DNA of 64,000 bases from positions 3,200,001-3,264,000 of the forward strand of contig CM000208.1 of NCBI GenBank assembly GCA_000002445.1, given 5' to 3'. Each line of letters begins with the position of its first letter. Position 1 is the first letter of the stretch. The DNA is from Trypanosoma brucei. Its lineage: Eukaryota. The notes beneath the pieces are model-generated. The model worked only from the letters and a program-made list of their open reading frames with translations, made no database searches and was not told where the DNA came from. Shown piece by piece: positions 36,254 to 47,637 of this stretch. The position numbers and the translations under genes were made by a program.

Positions 36254-39200
36254 TTAGGCAGTTCCTGTGCACTGAACATGGTACACCCTTTCTTCCGGCA
36301 CCAAAGCACACTTAATCGCCAGTGAAAACGTACAAAATGAAACGTCCGTGTGATCACGTCTGGGGTTGTATGACACCGTGAATGTACCGTGACTCCCAGC
36401 AGGTCCAGTAATTTTCAGAGGCTCTAACTTCCACCCATTCTCAGTAAACGTCTCACTCCAGCCACCAACAATGCATTCAAAAGAGCTTCCTGCCTTGAGG
36501 CTACCAACGGATATTGATCTTGTTTGTTCTGCTGCGAAATAGAGTCGGACCGGGTCAATGGCAGACGCACCAGTTTCCGGGAAGGGGTTTTTCCGGAAAC
36601 CAGTGTACGGTGCACTCTCTCCCGCCGCCAATTCCTTACATGAGGGAAATGTTAGAAACACAGGCAAGTCGCACCCACGACCTTCCACAAGGATGGTTTG
36701 AACAGACGAGCCATCTGAAACGCGAAGATGCAAGGAAACCATTCCAACTACTTGTGGGGTGAACACAATCGTTTTGGGGACCTTTGTCCTTCCTGGTATG
36801 ACAAACTGATCGCACTCAAAGGTAAAAGAACAGCCTTCTGGCCACGCAGGAGTCTTTCCCTCCCCAGTAATAAACGCAACGTTCACTTCAAGAGGCAAAT
36901 TGCTCATATTGTGGAAAAAGAGTTGCTGCCGAGATTCCTGTCCAACCTGAGCGGGTTCTAGAACGATCACCTCAATGGACTTTGTTTGCTCCCCGAGCTC
37001 TCGATCGCCAGTTACAAGCAAATCGGCGGGCTCACATGATCCTTGCAACGATAACGTCACGTCATTTGAGCATGCGGAGGAAAAAACTACCTCCTCTCTG
37101 TAATAGCCGCACTCTGCGGGTGTAAAGCAAACGGTTACCGCACATTCTTCATCGTGAGAAAGGATAAACTGAGGTGGCTTGGAAACGAAGAACGGTGAAT
37201 ATGCAGCCACTGGGCGCATTTGCAAATACATGGACCCTTCCCCAGTGTAGCGAAGCAGGAAAACTCGTTCAACACGAGAGTTTAGCGGCACCTTCCCAAA
37301 ATCAACACTTTGCTTGACAGCACTCGGTGATATTTCTAGTGTTAGTGACTGCTCGACACCGCGACGTTCGTTCTTCTTCGCACCGCGTTTCGATGCCTTC
37401 CTCAAAACTGCCTTCTGGTGGACGCGGGAGACTAGGCTCACGGATAGCGTGGGTTTGACAACAACACAATTAATTTGAAGCATCACAACTTGTTCACTAG
37501 CCGCCTCCCCTACCACGCACTTTAAGAAGAAGCTGGAATGTCTGCTCCACCCCTCACCGGAGGAATTACACTCCCATGCCTTGTATAGTTCGTTTAAGCA
37601 AGCTTCTTCGCTATCTGTCACCTTTTCCAGCGGTGGTGTATGTTCCCGTTCCCTTCCTCTCCGGGATATGCGCTTGGTACTTGGCCGAGGCATTGTCTCC
37701 TCCAAGGGTGGTGTGGACGGCTGCGCAAGAGGTGCGAAGAATACAACAATAGGACAATGTTCTCCTCCTTGAAGGGTCCCGAACGAAGGACTTGCCCTTA
37801 GGTATTCAAGAGGGGAGGAAATGAAGAACGATTGTTGAGCATTCCCATTGTTCTGCAACGTTACTGAGTAATTGATCTCACCACCCAATGGGCATGCTGG
37901 AAGATCGATACATGACTTTGAGAACCGTACAGGATACTCGCATCCGCAGCCAGTCAGTTGAATGGCACGTGAAACATCGTATTCGTTGGTAATATTGACA
38001 ACGTGAGTGAACTGGCCAAGCGTTGGCGGTCGCACTCCCACCTTGAACTCCATCACCTCTTTCGGTAGCAACGTAACGATTGGGTATGGAGCAACCTTCA
38101 CGTTATCAGGAAGTGTTAAGAATCCAAGAGTTTGGGGGAGATCGGACAAATTTTCTACCCTCAGCGGCTGTACTATCTCTTCGCAGACGCTTCGCGAACC
38201 AAAGTGCAGTTCATTCGTGCTAACCCCGAACCCCCGCTCAGTTAACCTCGCATTCAGTTTTACTGAAAGGGGCGTTTTCTGATCACGGACTGACATCAGA
38301 ATTACGCTTTGAACTGTGTGTCCAAGACCTCTTTGAGGAGTGAAAAAAACGCAAATTTCGGAAGTGCTCTTTGCTTGAACACATACCGACTTTGGTGAAA
38401 AAGAGAGCGACGAAGACAACGTTGGTGGGACCTCCGGAATAACTGTTGTCAGCACGTTTGTTGTATTTTGAATCGTTATCTTTTCGCAGTACGTGGTTTC
38501 AAAAAAACACCACTCGAAGTCTATTTCAGCTGCCGAGGAGACGTGCACAGGAAGTGAACCTCCAGTCCCTCTTACTTGAATTTTTTTGACAGCCGCCGAC
38601 CCGTCTACATCGTAGCGGATTTCAATGTCACCATCAATAACAACATCTTCATGAGGAGAAAATATTACATCAAAGTAACTAGCGGAATACGGTTCAATGG
38701 TCAGAGTGTAACCAGCGGGGTTAAACACCACGACAGATTCTTCTTTTCCGTTGATAGGATTCTTATGAAGCACATCTGTCCAGTCGCGCACCGACCCACC
38801 AACCGATACTGTAGCTGCAAGGGCACCGTCATTCCTCAGAGTAACCCTTTTGGACAATTTCTCTCCGAATATCACACAACCATAATCAAGTTTGTCAGGG
38901 GAAGCAGAAACAACTGATTTACGACGAAAAGCCCTCACCGGGACAACGAAAACACCTTGTTCTGTCCGAAATACGATGGTTGTTTCTAAATCGTCTTCCT
39001 TCGAGGGGGTAAACCGAATGTTCACACTCCAAGACAGTCCGGAGGGAAGTTTCGGCGGAAGACGATATTCATACTGGAGGACCTCTTTATATTTTGGGGA
39101 GACGGGTAAAATCCTGAAGGCGTACAACTTGTTCGTGCAGTTTGTTAACGTTACCTTCTTGGTGTACGTTTGGCCGACTACAATATCTCTAAAATCTACA

Positions 39201-39394
39201 GTCCTAGGGGTTACAGTGAACAATCCTTCTGCTTGTGAACGGTCTTGCTGCTGAGCGCATGTCAGTCCGTAATCTTTAACACTCCTTTGCCGATGGTTCA
39301 CCTTCGGACGGTCAGGTAACCTTTCTTCAACCTCATCTATAATCCTGTAGCGGTCGTCTCGCAGGCCACCATCCTTAAATGCAATGAAATCCAT
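36254..39394 (-). CDS. Large ASH/MSP-fold repeat protein (about 1046 aa), likely cilium/flagellum-associated (CFAP65/CFAP74/CFAP221-like architecture)
   Basis: 3.1-kb ORF. It has repeated ~100-aa beta-rich units of the type seen in ASH/MSP domains of Hydin-family proteins (VTLTNCTNKLYAFRILPVSPKYKEV; IRFTPSKEDDLETTIVFRTEQGVFVVPVRAF; VTLRNDGALAATVSVGG). The track ORF starts with GTG; the first ATG is 3 codons in, at 39394. The family assignment is an inference. Confidence 0.65.
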   Translation of the reverse strand: MDFIAFKDGGLRDDRYRIIDEVEERLPDRPKVNHRQRSVKDYGLTCAQQQDRSQAEGLFTVTPRTVDFRDIVVGQTYTKKVTLTNCTNKLYAFRILPVSPKYKEVLQYEYRLPPKLPSGLSWSVNIRFTPSKEDDLETTIVFRTEQGVFVVPVRAFRRKSVVSASPDKLDYGCVIFGEKLSKRVTLRNDGALAATVSVGGSVRDWTDVLHKNPINGKEESVVVFNPAGYTLTIEPYSASYFDVIFSPHEDVVIDGDIEIRYDVDGSAAVKKIQVRGTGGSLPVHVSSAAEIDFEWCFFETTYCEKITIQNTTNVLTTVIPEVPPTLSSSLSFSPKSVCVQAKSTSEICVFFTPQRGLGHTVQSVILMSVRDQKTPLSVKLNARLTERGFGVSTNELHFGSRSVCEEIVQPLRVENLSDLPQTLGFLTLPDNVKVAPYPIVTLLPKEVMEFKVGVRPPTLGQFTHVVNITNEYDVSRAIQLTGCGCEYPVRFSKSCIDLPACPLGGEINYSVTLQNNGNAQQSFFISSPLEYLRASPSFGTLQGGEHCPIVVFFAPLAQPSTPPLEETMPRPSTKRISRRGREREHTPPLEKVTDSEEACLNELYKAWECNSSGEGWSRHSSFFLKCVVGEAASEQVVMLQINCVVVKPTLSVSLVSRVHQKAVLRKASKRGAKKNERRGVEQSLTLEISPSAVKQSVDFGKVPLNSRVERVFLLRYTGEGSMYLQMRPVAAYSPFFVSKPPQFILSHDEECAVTVCFTPAECGYYREEVVFSSACSNDVTLSLQGSCEPADLLVTGDRELGEQTKSIEVIVLEPAQVGQESRQQLFFHNMSNLPLEVNVAFITGEGKTPAWPEGCSFTFECDQFVIPGRTKVPKTIVFTPQVVGMVSLHLRVSDGSSVQTILVEGRGCDLPVFLTFPSCKELAAGESAPYTGFRKNPFPETGASAIDPVRLYFAAEQTRSISVGSLKAGSSFECIVGGWSETFTENGWKLEPLKITGPAGSHGTFTVSYNPRRDHTDVSFCTFSLAIKCALVPEERVYHVQCTGTA

Positions 39395-42300
39395 TACTTG
39401 CACTCTGACAGAGCAAAAAAAAAAGAAAAAATAGGAATAAATGCGCGGTTGACATGCTACTGCAGTGAGTCAGTGAGTAGCACAGAAATACACAAAAATT
39501 GTCAGTTTGATATAACGGCCTACGAAGTGAAACATTCAAAAAAGGTAGGACCGATACAGGACGCGATACCAGGTATATTCGCCTCTCAGAGGCAGTGCAA
39601 TAATGGGTAACATTTAAAAATAGAAAAAGAGATTATAGGGCAGAAGCACCAATAGTTTAGAAAACCTCGCGGCAACAAACTAGCAACATCACATCCTTTA
39701 CGTATAAGCGACGCCACTCCAATACCTAATACAAGCCTTCATTTCACAAGGGTGACCTCGGAGAAACTCCCACAGGTGTTGACGTGGAAGCACTAAGGGG
39801 AAAGGGAGGTGACACTACTTGAAACACAGACCCTCTCCATACCAGTGTACTGTCATCACACTTGTGCGTACCATTAAGCCAGAAACACATACGATAATTG
39901 CGTGACAGTATTAACGTTCTGATTGAGTGTGAAAGACGTAAATAAAACGGGCGATGCACTAATATCAGCAACAAATGAATGTTATCCGTCCTATACGCGA
40001 GGAAAATTTGCTACCGAAGCTGACGCAACACCAACGCCCAATAGCAGACCAAAGATCAACACCAGCCAGTATTATCCCTGGGATTGTTGAGCGCTAGCCC
40101 ACCCAGGCCAATGAGACAACACGCGTCCGCACCCTCACCCTTTTTTGACGCGGCAGTAAACACTGCCTTCCGCGGAAAAGCACAACTCCTGTACAATGTG
40201 GGTAACCACTTGAAGTGAAAACACCTACGCTGGGCAAGGGCTGGTGAAGCTCCACTCGCACTTCTACCACGTAGGAGTGCAACCCCGACAACCCCCTGAG
40301 GGGGCGTCGGGCACACCCGTGGCTCTACTGGCCACAGCATCAGAGGGACAGGGTCGACACCGCGACGAACCAGCCGACTCTGGTGAAGGTGCTCCGGGGA
40401 AGCAGGGTCACCTCCTGCACTTCTGTGGAATACGAGCTCCGACGGTGGAAGAGAAGAAAATCACTTTAAACACACAGGTCTCCAGCACATAACCCCTGAT
40501 AGCTACGCAAGCAAAGGTAGAGTGGGCGGTTTCAGCACCGAAAGCAGGGGTACCGCAGAGGGTCCAATGTGCTCAGGAGGGTTGGAAAGGACGATCACCG
40601 GGGCGACGCCCAGCAATGCAGGAACGGATGTTGGTTCAGGCCATGTGGCCCGAGAGCACCCTGCCCCTGCGAACCGCGAATCATAAAGAACATAGGTCGG
40701 CATGCCAATGGGAAAGTAAGAATCGGCAGTGCGGTGGCAGCCAGATGAAACAAAAAAATGAAGGAGGTGGAAACGGAGCGACACACCGCGGAGCACAGAG
40801 GACTGAAGCGTTATGGTGGACCACCCCGCGCCAAATCAACCGGATCACAGTCTGGTAGCTTTTGATGTCACCGTTGGCCGCCGTATTTGGGGAGCACACC
40901 AGGCTTCTGCACGGCATTATGTCAGGCAAAGAAAAGGGCGGCCCAGCCACGACGCCATGAACAGGCCCATGCAAAGATAAAGGAACGGCTCAGGACTTCG
41001 CCTAACTGTTTGAACAGTATCAACGGAGCAAAAAACCCAGTCATCCGAGGGGTGGCAGCACCGGGCGTCCCACGGGAAAGGAGCAGGACGATCTCCAGCA
41101 CAGGAGAGGAAAGTATCAAATCCAGAGAACGATGCAGAAAGGCGCCTCGGGGGGAGGGATGAGGGGAAAATGTCCCGGAAGAGAAGCCATAAAACACGTA
41201 CGAAGCAGCCTTCAATGGAAGGGAGGGCGGCGTCTTTCAGTTGCCTCCACCGTTGAGAAACAGCTGGGAACCACACGGCGTCTGTGTATGCCCAACGAGC
41301 TGGCTTAAGCACAGAGCCCATGACGAATGGGGCTGCACCAGTAAAAAGGCAACAGATGCAGATGTTAGAAAGGATGTGCCGAGAGAAACCGACGAAAACG
41401 CCTCTACTGAACAGCAGCGAGGATGCTAGACGCCAAAGAAGCGACGCCGAAATTGTTTCCGTACGACCGAGTCGATGTTGGCAGTGTGGGAACGACCTAC
41501 TGGATCGACAGCGGGTTAGGTTGACGTATGCTTCAAGGATTTAAAAAAATTGCTTGACTTCGTTTTGGCATGCGCAAAAACAATCAACCGAAGTCCACAA
41601 TTCAGAAAGGGACCGGGGAAGGGAAAGCGTGGGGGGACTATAGTACGGCCAAATGCACAAACGAGAGAACCTGGTGCGAAATGCCCACACACGCATCAAG
41701 TAACGCCGAACACTGCCATGCGCAAAACGTTTGGGCGACTGGCAGCCAGGAGTTTTTTTAACTTGATTGGTTGTCTGTTACGAAAAAGTAAAAAGCGCTA
41801 TCGCTTACGGCACTCACCGACAAACTGCACAGCTCAGTTTCTTGGAAACGTAATCACGAGCAGAACACCACAGTGAGTTGCCGTTGTGCGACCATAAACT
41901 TTTCATATGCGTTCGGTTCCGTGAACCATGGATTGGACTGCCCCCGCCCCTCGTGGAGCTCGCCGCCGATTCAAATACCTTCCAATCGATAAGCAAGTTT
42001 TTGTCACACATCACGACCATGTAGCGTTCCCCCTCGCAGGCTACAGGGCACCCGAAACATCACGGGTACGTTGCAAGAAGCACGGGCAGCGTGGTACAAA
42101 ATGTGCGGACCACACCCGTAACGAGACCGAAACCTGAAAACACCGGCACGCGCAGCCCACCCTCCGACAAAGTTGCTGGCTGCCTCTCCACCCAAAAATA
42201 AAAATAACGTGCACCAACTATCATGAAGATGTTGCGGCGGCAGGTGCCGGCTCTCATAGCACATATAATGAATGAGGTGGGAGGTACCCCTTCCGCTGCC

Positions 42301-44908
42301 CAATGGTGCCGAAGATGGGGAGGGACTTTCTGTTTGAGTTCCCCACCTACAGGAAGCAGTTGCGGCGGATGGCCAACAAGGGCCGCTTTCAAGTGCAGGA
42401 AGAAAAATAATTCCCCTCGTCACACTCCGGAGGTGATGGCATTGGTGACCGACCTTGTTCCACTCGGTGGTGGACGCTCTGCCGCCCTCGAGAAGAAAAT
42501 ATTAGAGTGCGTGCATGCGATTCGCTTTCGGTAAGCACAAGCGGCAACGGAACTGGATCACAAGGTCGAATAAGTTTGGTACCCCCGAAGGCGGTTGCAA
42601 CCTCAGAGTAGTTCCTTTTTGCTTCACTTTCTCCTTTTCCGTCGTTAGAGGGAAGGCGAACTTCCGCGACGGTTGGCGAGCAGAGTGGGGTCTACACTCA
42701 TTCCCATAGTGCTTCCCCGACGCGCTGACAACGATCTACGGTGACACGGTGCTGCGCTTGCCAACAAACTAGGGTAAAGGAACTGTGCTTGAAAAATGAT
42801 TGGCAACTAAAGGCTATTTTCCTAGAGGCCTCTTGCCGGAACTTGCGGGCGCGAAGTGGTGTGCAGTTGGCGGGATGAGCCCCCGGAAAAGGCGCACACT
42901 TCCAAGCATGTCGTCCTTTTAGGCGCCGGCCTTGCGACCACACCCTCAAACGTTGCTCCGCGTTGTGCTTGTGCGCGTTTCGGTGACCTTGGTGGTCGTG
43001 ATCTAAACAAAAGTGTACAATAAGAGTAAATTCTGGCGTATGTTGAGTGTGCCGCTTCCAGCACCTTTTTCATGCACTCTGGTGACGTTTTCCACCGCAT
43101 CGGGAGTGGGATGCGCAATGAAGGTGGCAACGGTGGAAAGCGCTGCGAAGAGGATTGGGGTAGAGGAAGTGCCAGAGGGATACGACGAAGGAATAAGAAA
43201 ATGAGGCTCTGCCTAGTTCAAGAAACGGACCCGACATGGGATGAAAAGTGTACAAGTGGTGGCGGGATAAAGGAACACGGGAACGCCGAAGATGACGGGC
43301 TGCACAGGGAAGGGAGGAGCAGATGGTGGGGAAACCGCATGAACTTATCACCCTTCAATTTTCACAGCCACGTGTCGGGCTCCGGTGGGGTTGGGAGGGG
43401 AAAGGGGGATGGGGAATAAATATCGCAGAATTACCGCACCCCTCGTCCTGGATGAATCCGGTTCCTTGGCCACGTTGGAACGTTGAACCGAATAGACCGT
43501 GTAAACTGCGCGCCATCAGGCGGCTCGAGGCTACGGCACTTTCAAACACAGCGAAAGTGGCGATCCCGAAGCAGACAAGGGATTTGTTCTGCAAGGAATA
43601 AAAGGAATTCCACACCTCGTTACACAAAGTGGCGTCTCCACCTTCCACACCCGGGGAAAGTAACTTTGGGGCGCCGGAGCATCACTGCTTTTGTGCTGCC
43701 TCAGTTCCACCCGCTTTCTCACAACGTCTCCGTGGTAAACATATTTCGTAACCCGCTATCCCTGCTGATGCTCACAGCTGCATCGGCCTCCAAAGGATGG
43801 AGGTTGGAATGGGCTGTTGTAAACTCTCCTCCGCCTGTAGGGTCCCAAATTCGGAAGGATTGAAGTCTCAGTGGTCTGACCCAACGTAATATCTGCATAT
43901 GCCCCCCTTCGGTGATTTAGCGGCACATTGGGTAGGAGAGACTGATTGGACGACTACAAGCTCCAGCCAACGAATTCGATTGGATTTGGTGGCCGTAAGG
44001 GCTCTAATTGCCTGGAACAATTGCTTTAGAGAGCTTTTTGGGAAAATGCCTCCCTAACCCCAACGACATCAAACTACGCACGGGGAGGGGGAAACTATTT
44101 ACGGCGAAAGCGGGCTCGAGAGTCACTGGCTTTGCGAATAGCAGTTCACACCTGCCCTGCGGATGTGCATGATTTGGTGGGAAAGGTGGAAAGTTGGAAA
44201 TGCTGCCACTATGCGGTTCGAGGGTCAGGAGGATCCGCTGTCATATGATCAAGTGATGTGTCTGAGAAGGAGGGAGAAGAGGAAGGGGATGCCAGAAAGG
44301 CCGATTCGCCGCGGCCCACGCGCTGCAACATGAGAACTCTTTGCTTAAACAGCGTGGGACCCGCAGTGAGAAAGTATGGTGGGAGGGTGGGCTTTGGTTT
44401 TTCCAACTTCCTGCGAAGAGATCGACCGTTACAACTTTGTGTCAATCCATCTGGTGCCGACCTACTCTTATTAACATTTCCGCCGTTTCGGTTTGTCCTC
44501 ACTACTTCTGATGAGAGAACAACCGCAAAGGGCATTGACTACGCTCCAAATGAAAGATAATTAAAAAAGAGAGCACAGGGAGAATGAAATGCAGCGACGG
44601 GCACTGTGCGGAACAACCGCCACTGCCGCATTCGTACCAATATATGCGTAATTTGAGCAATGCTACTCCAGTGGAAGGATGAAGGGAGGGGAGAAGGTTT
44701 GTTCCCCACCACCTCCACCGGTCCGTTACTCAAACACAACGTCCCGAGGACAGCTATGTTTGAAAGTAAGAAAATGTCGATAAATGGGGTTAGATGGATC
44801 TTAACAACACATAAAGAAATAAATTACGGGGGAATAGGAACTGGAGCATTAGTCCCAGCCAAATACCCCCATATCGTCACCCATTTCCTTCATCCCCCGC
44901 AGTACTTC

Positions 44909-46057
44909 TCATACCCGAGGTGGAATGAGTGACTCGGAGGGGCCGAGATACTTCACCCCACACCCGACAGGGGACTGCAGTAACATCTCAAACGGCTTCT
45001 TCGGGTGGTCAATCAGCTTCTTATATTCGTCGGGAAGCGATACAACCTTGACTTTCTCAAGTAACTCGCGGTCTCCGAAGAAAAACTTCTCGAATGGTGT
45101 TGGGAAGTGCTCCATGAGCATAGCCACGGCTTCAGGAAGGTCCTCCTTAAGAACAAACAAGAAACAGTTCGCCCCGGCATCGAAGGTGTAAGCCAGTGCT
45201 GTGCGGCCCTTCTTCGCATTGTAGGCTTTCACGAGGCGGATCATCGCGTAGCTGTCCTCCGTCGCATACGTAATCTTCGGTTCGGTGGTCGCGCATATCT
45301 CCTGCAGGTCGTCCGATTCAAGCATTGCAATCTCTGCAAAGGTTGCGAAATCCCTCGCCTTTATAGCTCTCGAGGCAATTTTCATGCGCTCCGGTACGGT
45401 TTCTGAGATGCGCTTCTTCATCAAAGGCGACGTTTTGAGGGACTGCTGCATGCCCTTGGTGCTGGAGACATCCTTCTGTGCCCCTTTAAGGACAGCGCAC
45501 ATCACCTGTATCTCGGGCCAATGCGTTTCGTCAACAAATTGTGTGGCCACACAGTCGCTACCATCAGGTTTCTCCCCCTTGTTCCATATAACGAAACCCC
45601 CAAAGGCACTGCGGCAGGCGCTGCCAGATCCAAGGCGAGCAAGCATTGAGACGTTAGTGGTGGACTTGAAAGCACGGATGAGCGCCGCCGACATGGCGCA
45701 GTAGCCGCTAGCGGAAGAGGCCATCCCAGCGGCAGTTGGGAAGTTGTTCTCCGATACGATGTTCACCTTTTTGTTTTTCAGGTCTTCGGGGCATGTGCTC
45801 CTGAGATGAAGGAGCATCGACTGGACCCGTGGAGTCTTTCCCACATCAACCTCGGTGCCGTTCAGTCGCAACGTGTCTGTCTCGATGTCGTCCCTGAGTT
45901 CCACGGAGGTTTTGCTACGAAACGGGCTTGCGGAGAGCGTGATGCTAAAAGAGTCATTTGTGGGGAGTATCAGCGTCTCTCCACCCTCACGCTTACCCCA
46001 GTACTTGATAAAAGCGATGTTGATGGGTGCCTCGACGGTGACACACTGGTCGGACAT
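44909..46057 (-). CDS. MVD: Diphosphomevalonate decarboxylase (mevalonate pyrophosphate decarboxylase), GHMP kinase family
   Basis: The NIAFIKYWGKR N-terminal motif, the GHMP ATP-binding loop (TAAGMASSASGYCAMSAAL) and overall collinearity with MVD. The track ORF (to 46165) begins with TTG; the first ATG is at 46057 (MSDQCVTVEAPIN) and gives a protein of about 382 aa. Confidence 0.88.
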   Translation of the reverse strand: MSDQCVTVEAPINIAFIKYWGKREGGETLILPTNDSFSITLSASPFRSKTSVELRDDIETDTLRLNGTEVDVGKTPRVQSMLLHLRSTCPEDLKNKKVNIVSENNFPTAAGMASSASGYCAMSAALIRAFKSTTNVSMLARLGSGSACRSAFGGFVIWNKGEKPDGSDCVATQFVDETHWPEIQVMCAVLKGAQKDVSSTKGMQQSLKTSPLMKKRISETVPERMKIASRAIKARDFATFAEIAMLESDDLQEICATTEPKITYATEDSYAMIRLVKAYNAKKGRTALAYTFDAGANCFLFVLKEDLPEAVAMLMEHFPTPFEKFFFGDRELLEKVKVVSLPDEYKKLIDHPKKPFEMLLQSPVGCGVKYLGPSESLIPPRV

Positions 46058-46259
46058 GGCGCCGCTTTGCCACGCAGCAATTAATTCTTCCCTCGCTTTA
46101 CCTACGCTGAGGTCAGTAAGAAAGGGGAAGTAAGTACTGAGGAGAAAAAGTGATTGAGAAAACAATTTAAAAGCTACAAGCTCCGTTCACATTACGATTT
46201 CCCCCCTCTTTTTGCGGATAGGAAACGCCACGCCTGGGTCGAATCTGCGACCCGCAATG

Positions 46260-47285
46260 CTAGGCCACACTCCGGCAGGAACGCAAGATGGTGGCCACCC
46301 TGTTATGTGCGGCGAAGGAGGCTTGTGGTACACTTGGCGGGGTCAGCGGAGCCACCGAGGCCTCAGCCTCCCAACCAAATCCTACAAGAGCCGCTAACGC
46401 ATCTTCGGCATCGGCGTGCTTCTCCGTGCTTTTTGACACCATGCGCCGACCTGTCAGCAGGGCCAACGCAAAGTCGGCATCGTCAGGATGGAACAACTCC
46501 ACGACTGTAGCGAATGAGCCACCGTTGGAAGCAAAACTGAAAGCGTAATCCGCAACGGGACCAACGTGTCTGGTGAGTTTCGATAGCAGCCCCGCGGGGT
46601 CGCAAGTGGACAGCGGCACCGGCACCGCGTTTCGTATCCGTGCGCTCGCTAGTGGGGTATTGCCCTGCACAAAGCCTTCACTAGATGGGCCGCTAACGTC
46701 GGTGGCTGCCGTTGTTTCACCACGAAGCAGTGCCGTCAACTCTCCATCCGTCTCACGAATGCCTTCCGTCGTCCTCTCCAACGATTCTTGCGCGCGGCAG
46801 TACGACTCCTGGAGCTCCAACAGTCTTTGCAGCAACTCCCCGCCCTCAGCCGCCTGCTCGCTAGTTTCCAACATTTCCGGAATGGCACGTACAAGCAGCT
46901 CATCCATTTGCAAGTCGCGGGGCATCAGGTGGTTCTTTGGGAGATTTGGATTCATTTCCAACTTAGTTTTCTCCTCTTGTACGCCCCCCGCGGCGCCCTC
47001 TAGAGTAGCCACTGCAGCCGTTTGTTTCTTGAACACGTTGGAGTGTATTTCGATGGCATGATTCTTCAGCCGTTCGCCATCAAGGTGGTCTACCGCCAGC
47101 CGCGCCGCTGAACTCTGGTGGAAACGAACCCAGTAAAATGACCGTTGCCGGGAAGCATCGTATCGCATTTTCAACTCATCAATGTCCCCAATAATACGCA
47201 ACCATTCGTGCACATCTTCAGCGAGTACCGCCGAGAGGTCATCAACAAAGACGTGCACAACCCTTGCGTCACCTCGATCGGCCAT
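46260..47285 (-). CDS. Hypothetical protein (about 341 aa) with degenerate RRM-like segments
   Basis: The track ORF starts with TTG at 47399; the first ATG is at 47285 (MADRGDARVVHVFVDD). The N-terminus has a beta-alpha-beta pattern with an RNP1-like SFYWVRF. I cannot assign a family. Confidence 0.5.
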   Translation of the reverse strand: MADRGDARVVHVFVDDLSAVLAEDVHEWLRIIGDIDELKMRYDASRQRSFYWVRFHQSSAARLAVDHLDGERLKNHAIEIHSNVFKKQTAAVATLEGAAGGVQEEKTKLEMNPNLPKNHLMPRDLQMDELLVRAIPEMLETSEQAAEGGELLQRLLELQESYCRAQESLERTTEGIRETDGELTALLRGETTAATDVSGPSSEGFVQGNTPLASARIRNAVPVPLSTCDPAGLLSKLTRHVGPVADYAFSFASNGGSFATVVELFHPDDADFALALLTGRRMVSKSTEKHADAEDALAALVGFGWEAEASVAPLTPPSVPQASFAAHNRVATILRSCRSVA

Positions 47286-47637
47286 TGCTTTCAGGAATAG
47301 GGAAGGAGAGGGATTGTCGCGCACACGGGCAGGGAGAGGGGCAACAGTTGGTTCACAGAAAGATGTACAGAACAACGGAGGCCCGCAGTACGTGCTCAAA
47401 CTGGCATAGGGACCATGCGTTTAAGAACACCAAATTGAAATAAAGGAAACAAAAAAGTATAATTAGGTGTAAAGAGGGAGTAGGACAAAAGGGGAAACAT
47501 AGGTGCTATCCCCTGGTGGTGGTGACCCTAGCAACGAAGAACGAGCCACAGTTATTCCACAGTTAATGTTTACAACAAATCAAACGCATTTATTTTGTAT
47601 ATAACATTGTCTATGTATTTTCCTTTACGAATTATTT

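Noticed and set aside
39404-44908. Annotating the GC-rich ORF-poor island as a degenerate ingi/DIRE retroelement
   Set aside because: No reverse-transcriptase (YADD-like), endonuclease or zinc-finger remnants could be recognised in any frame, and I cannot recall the terminal hallmark sequence reliably. It is left as a finding to be tested, not a feature.
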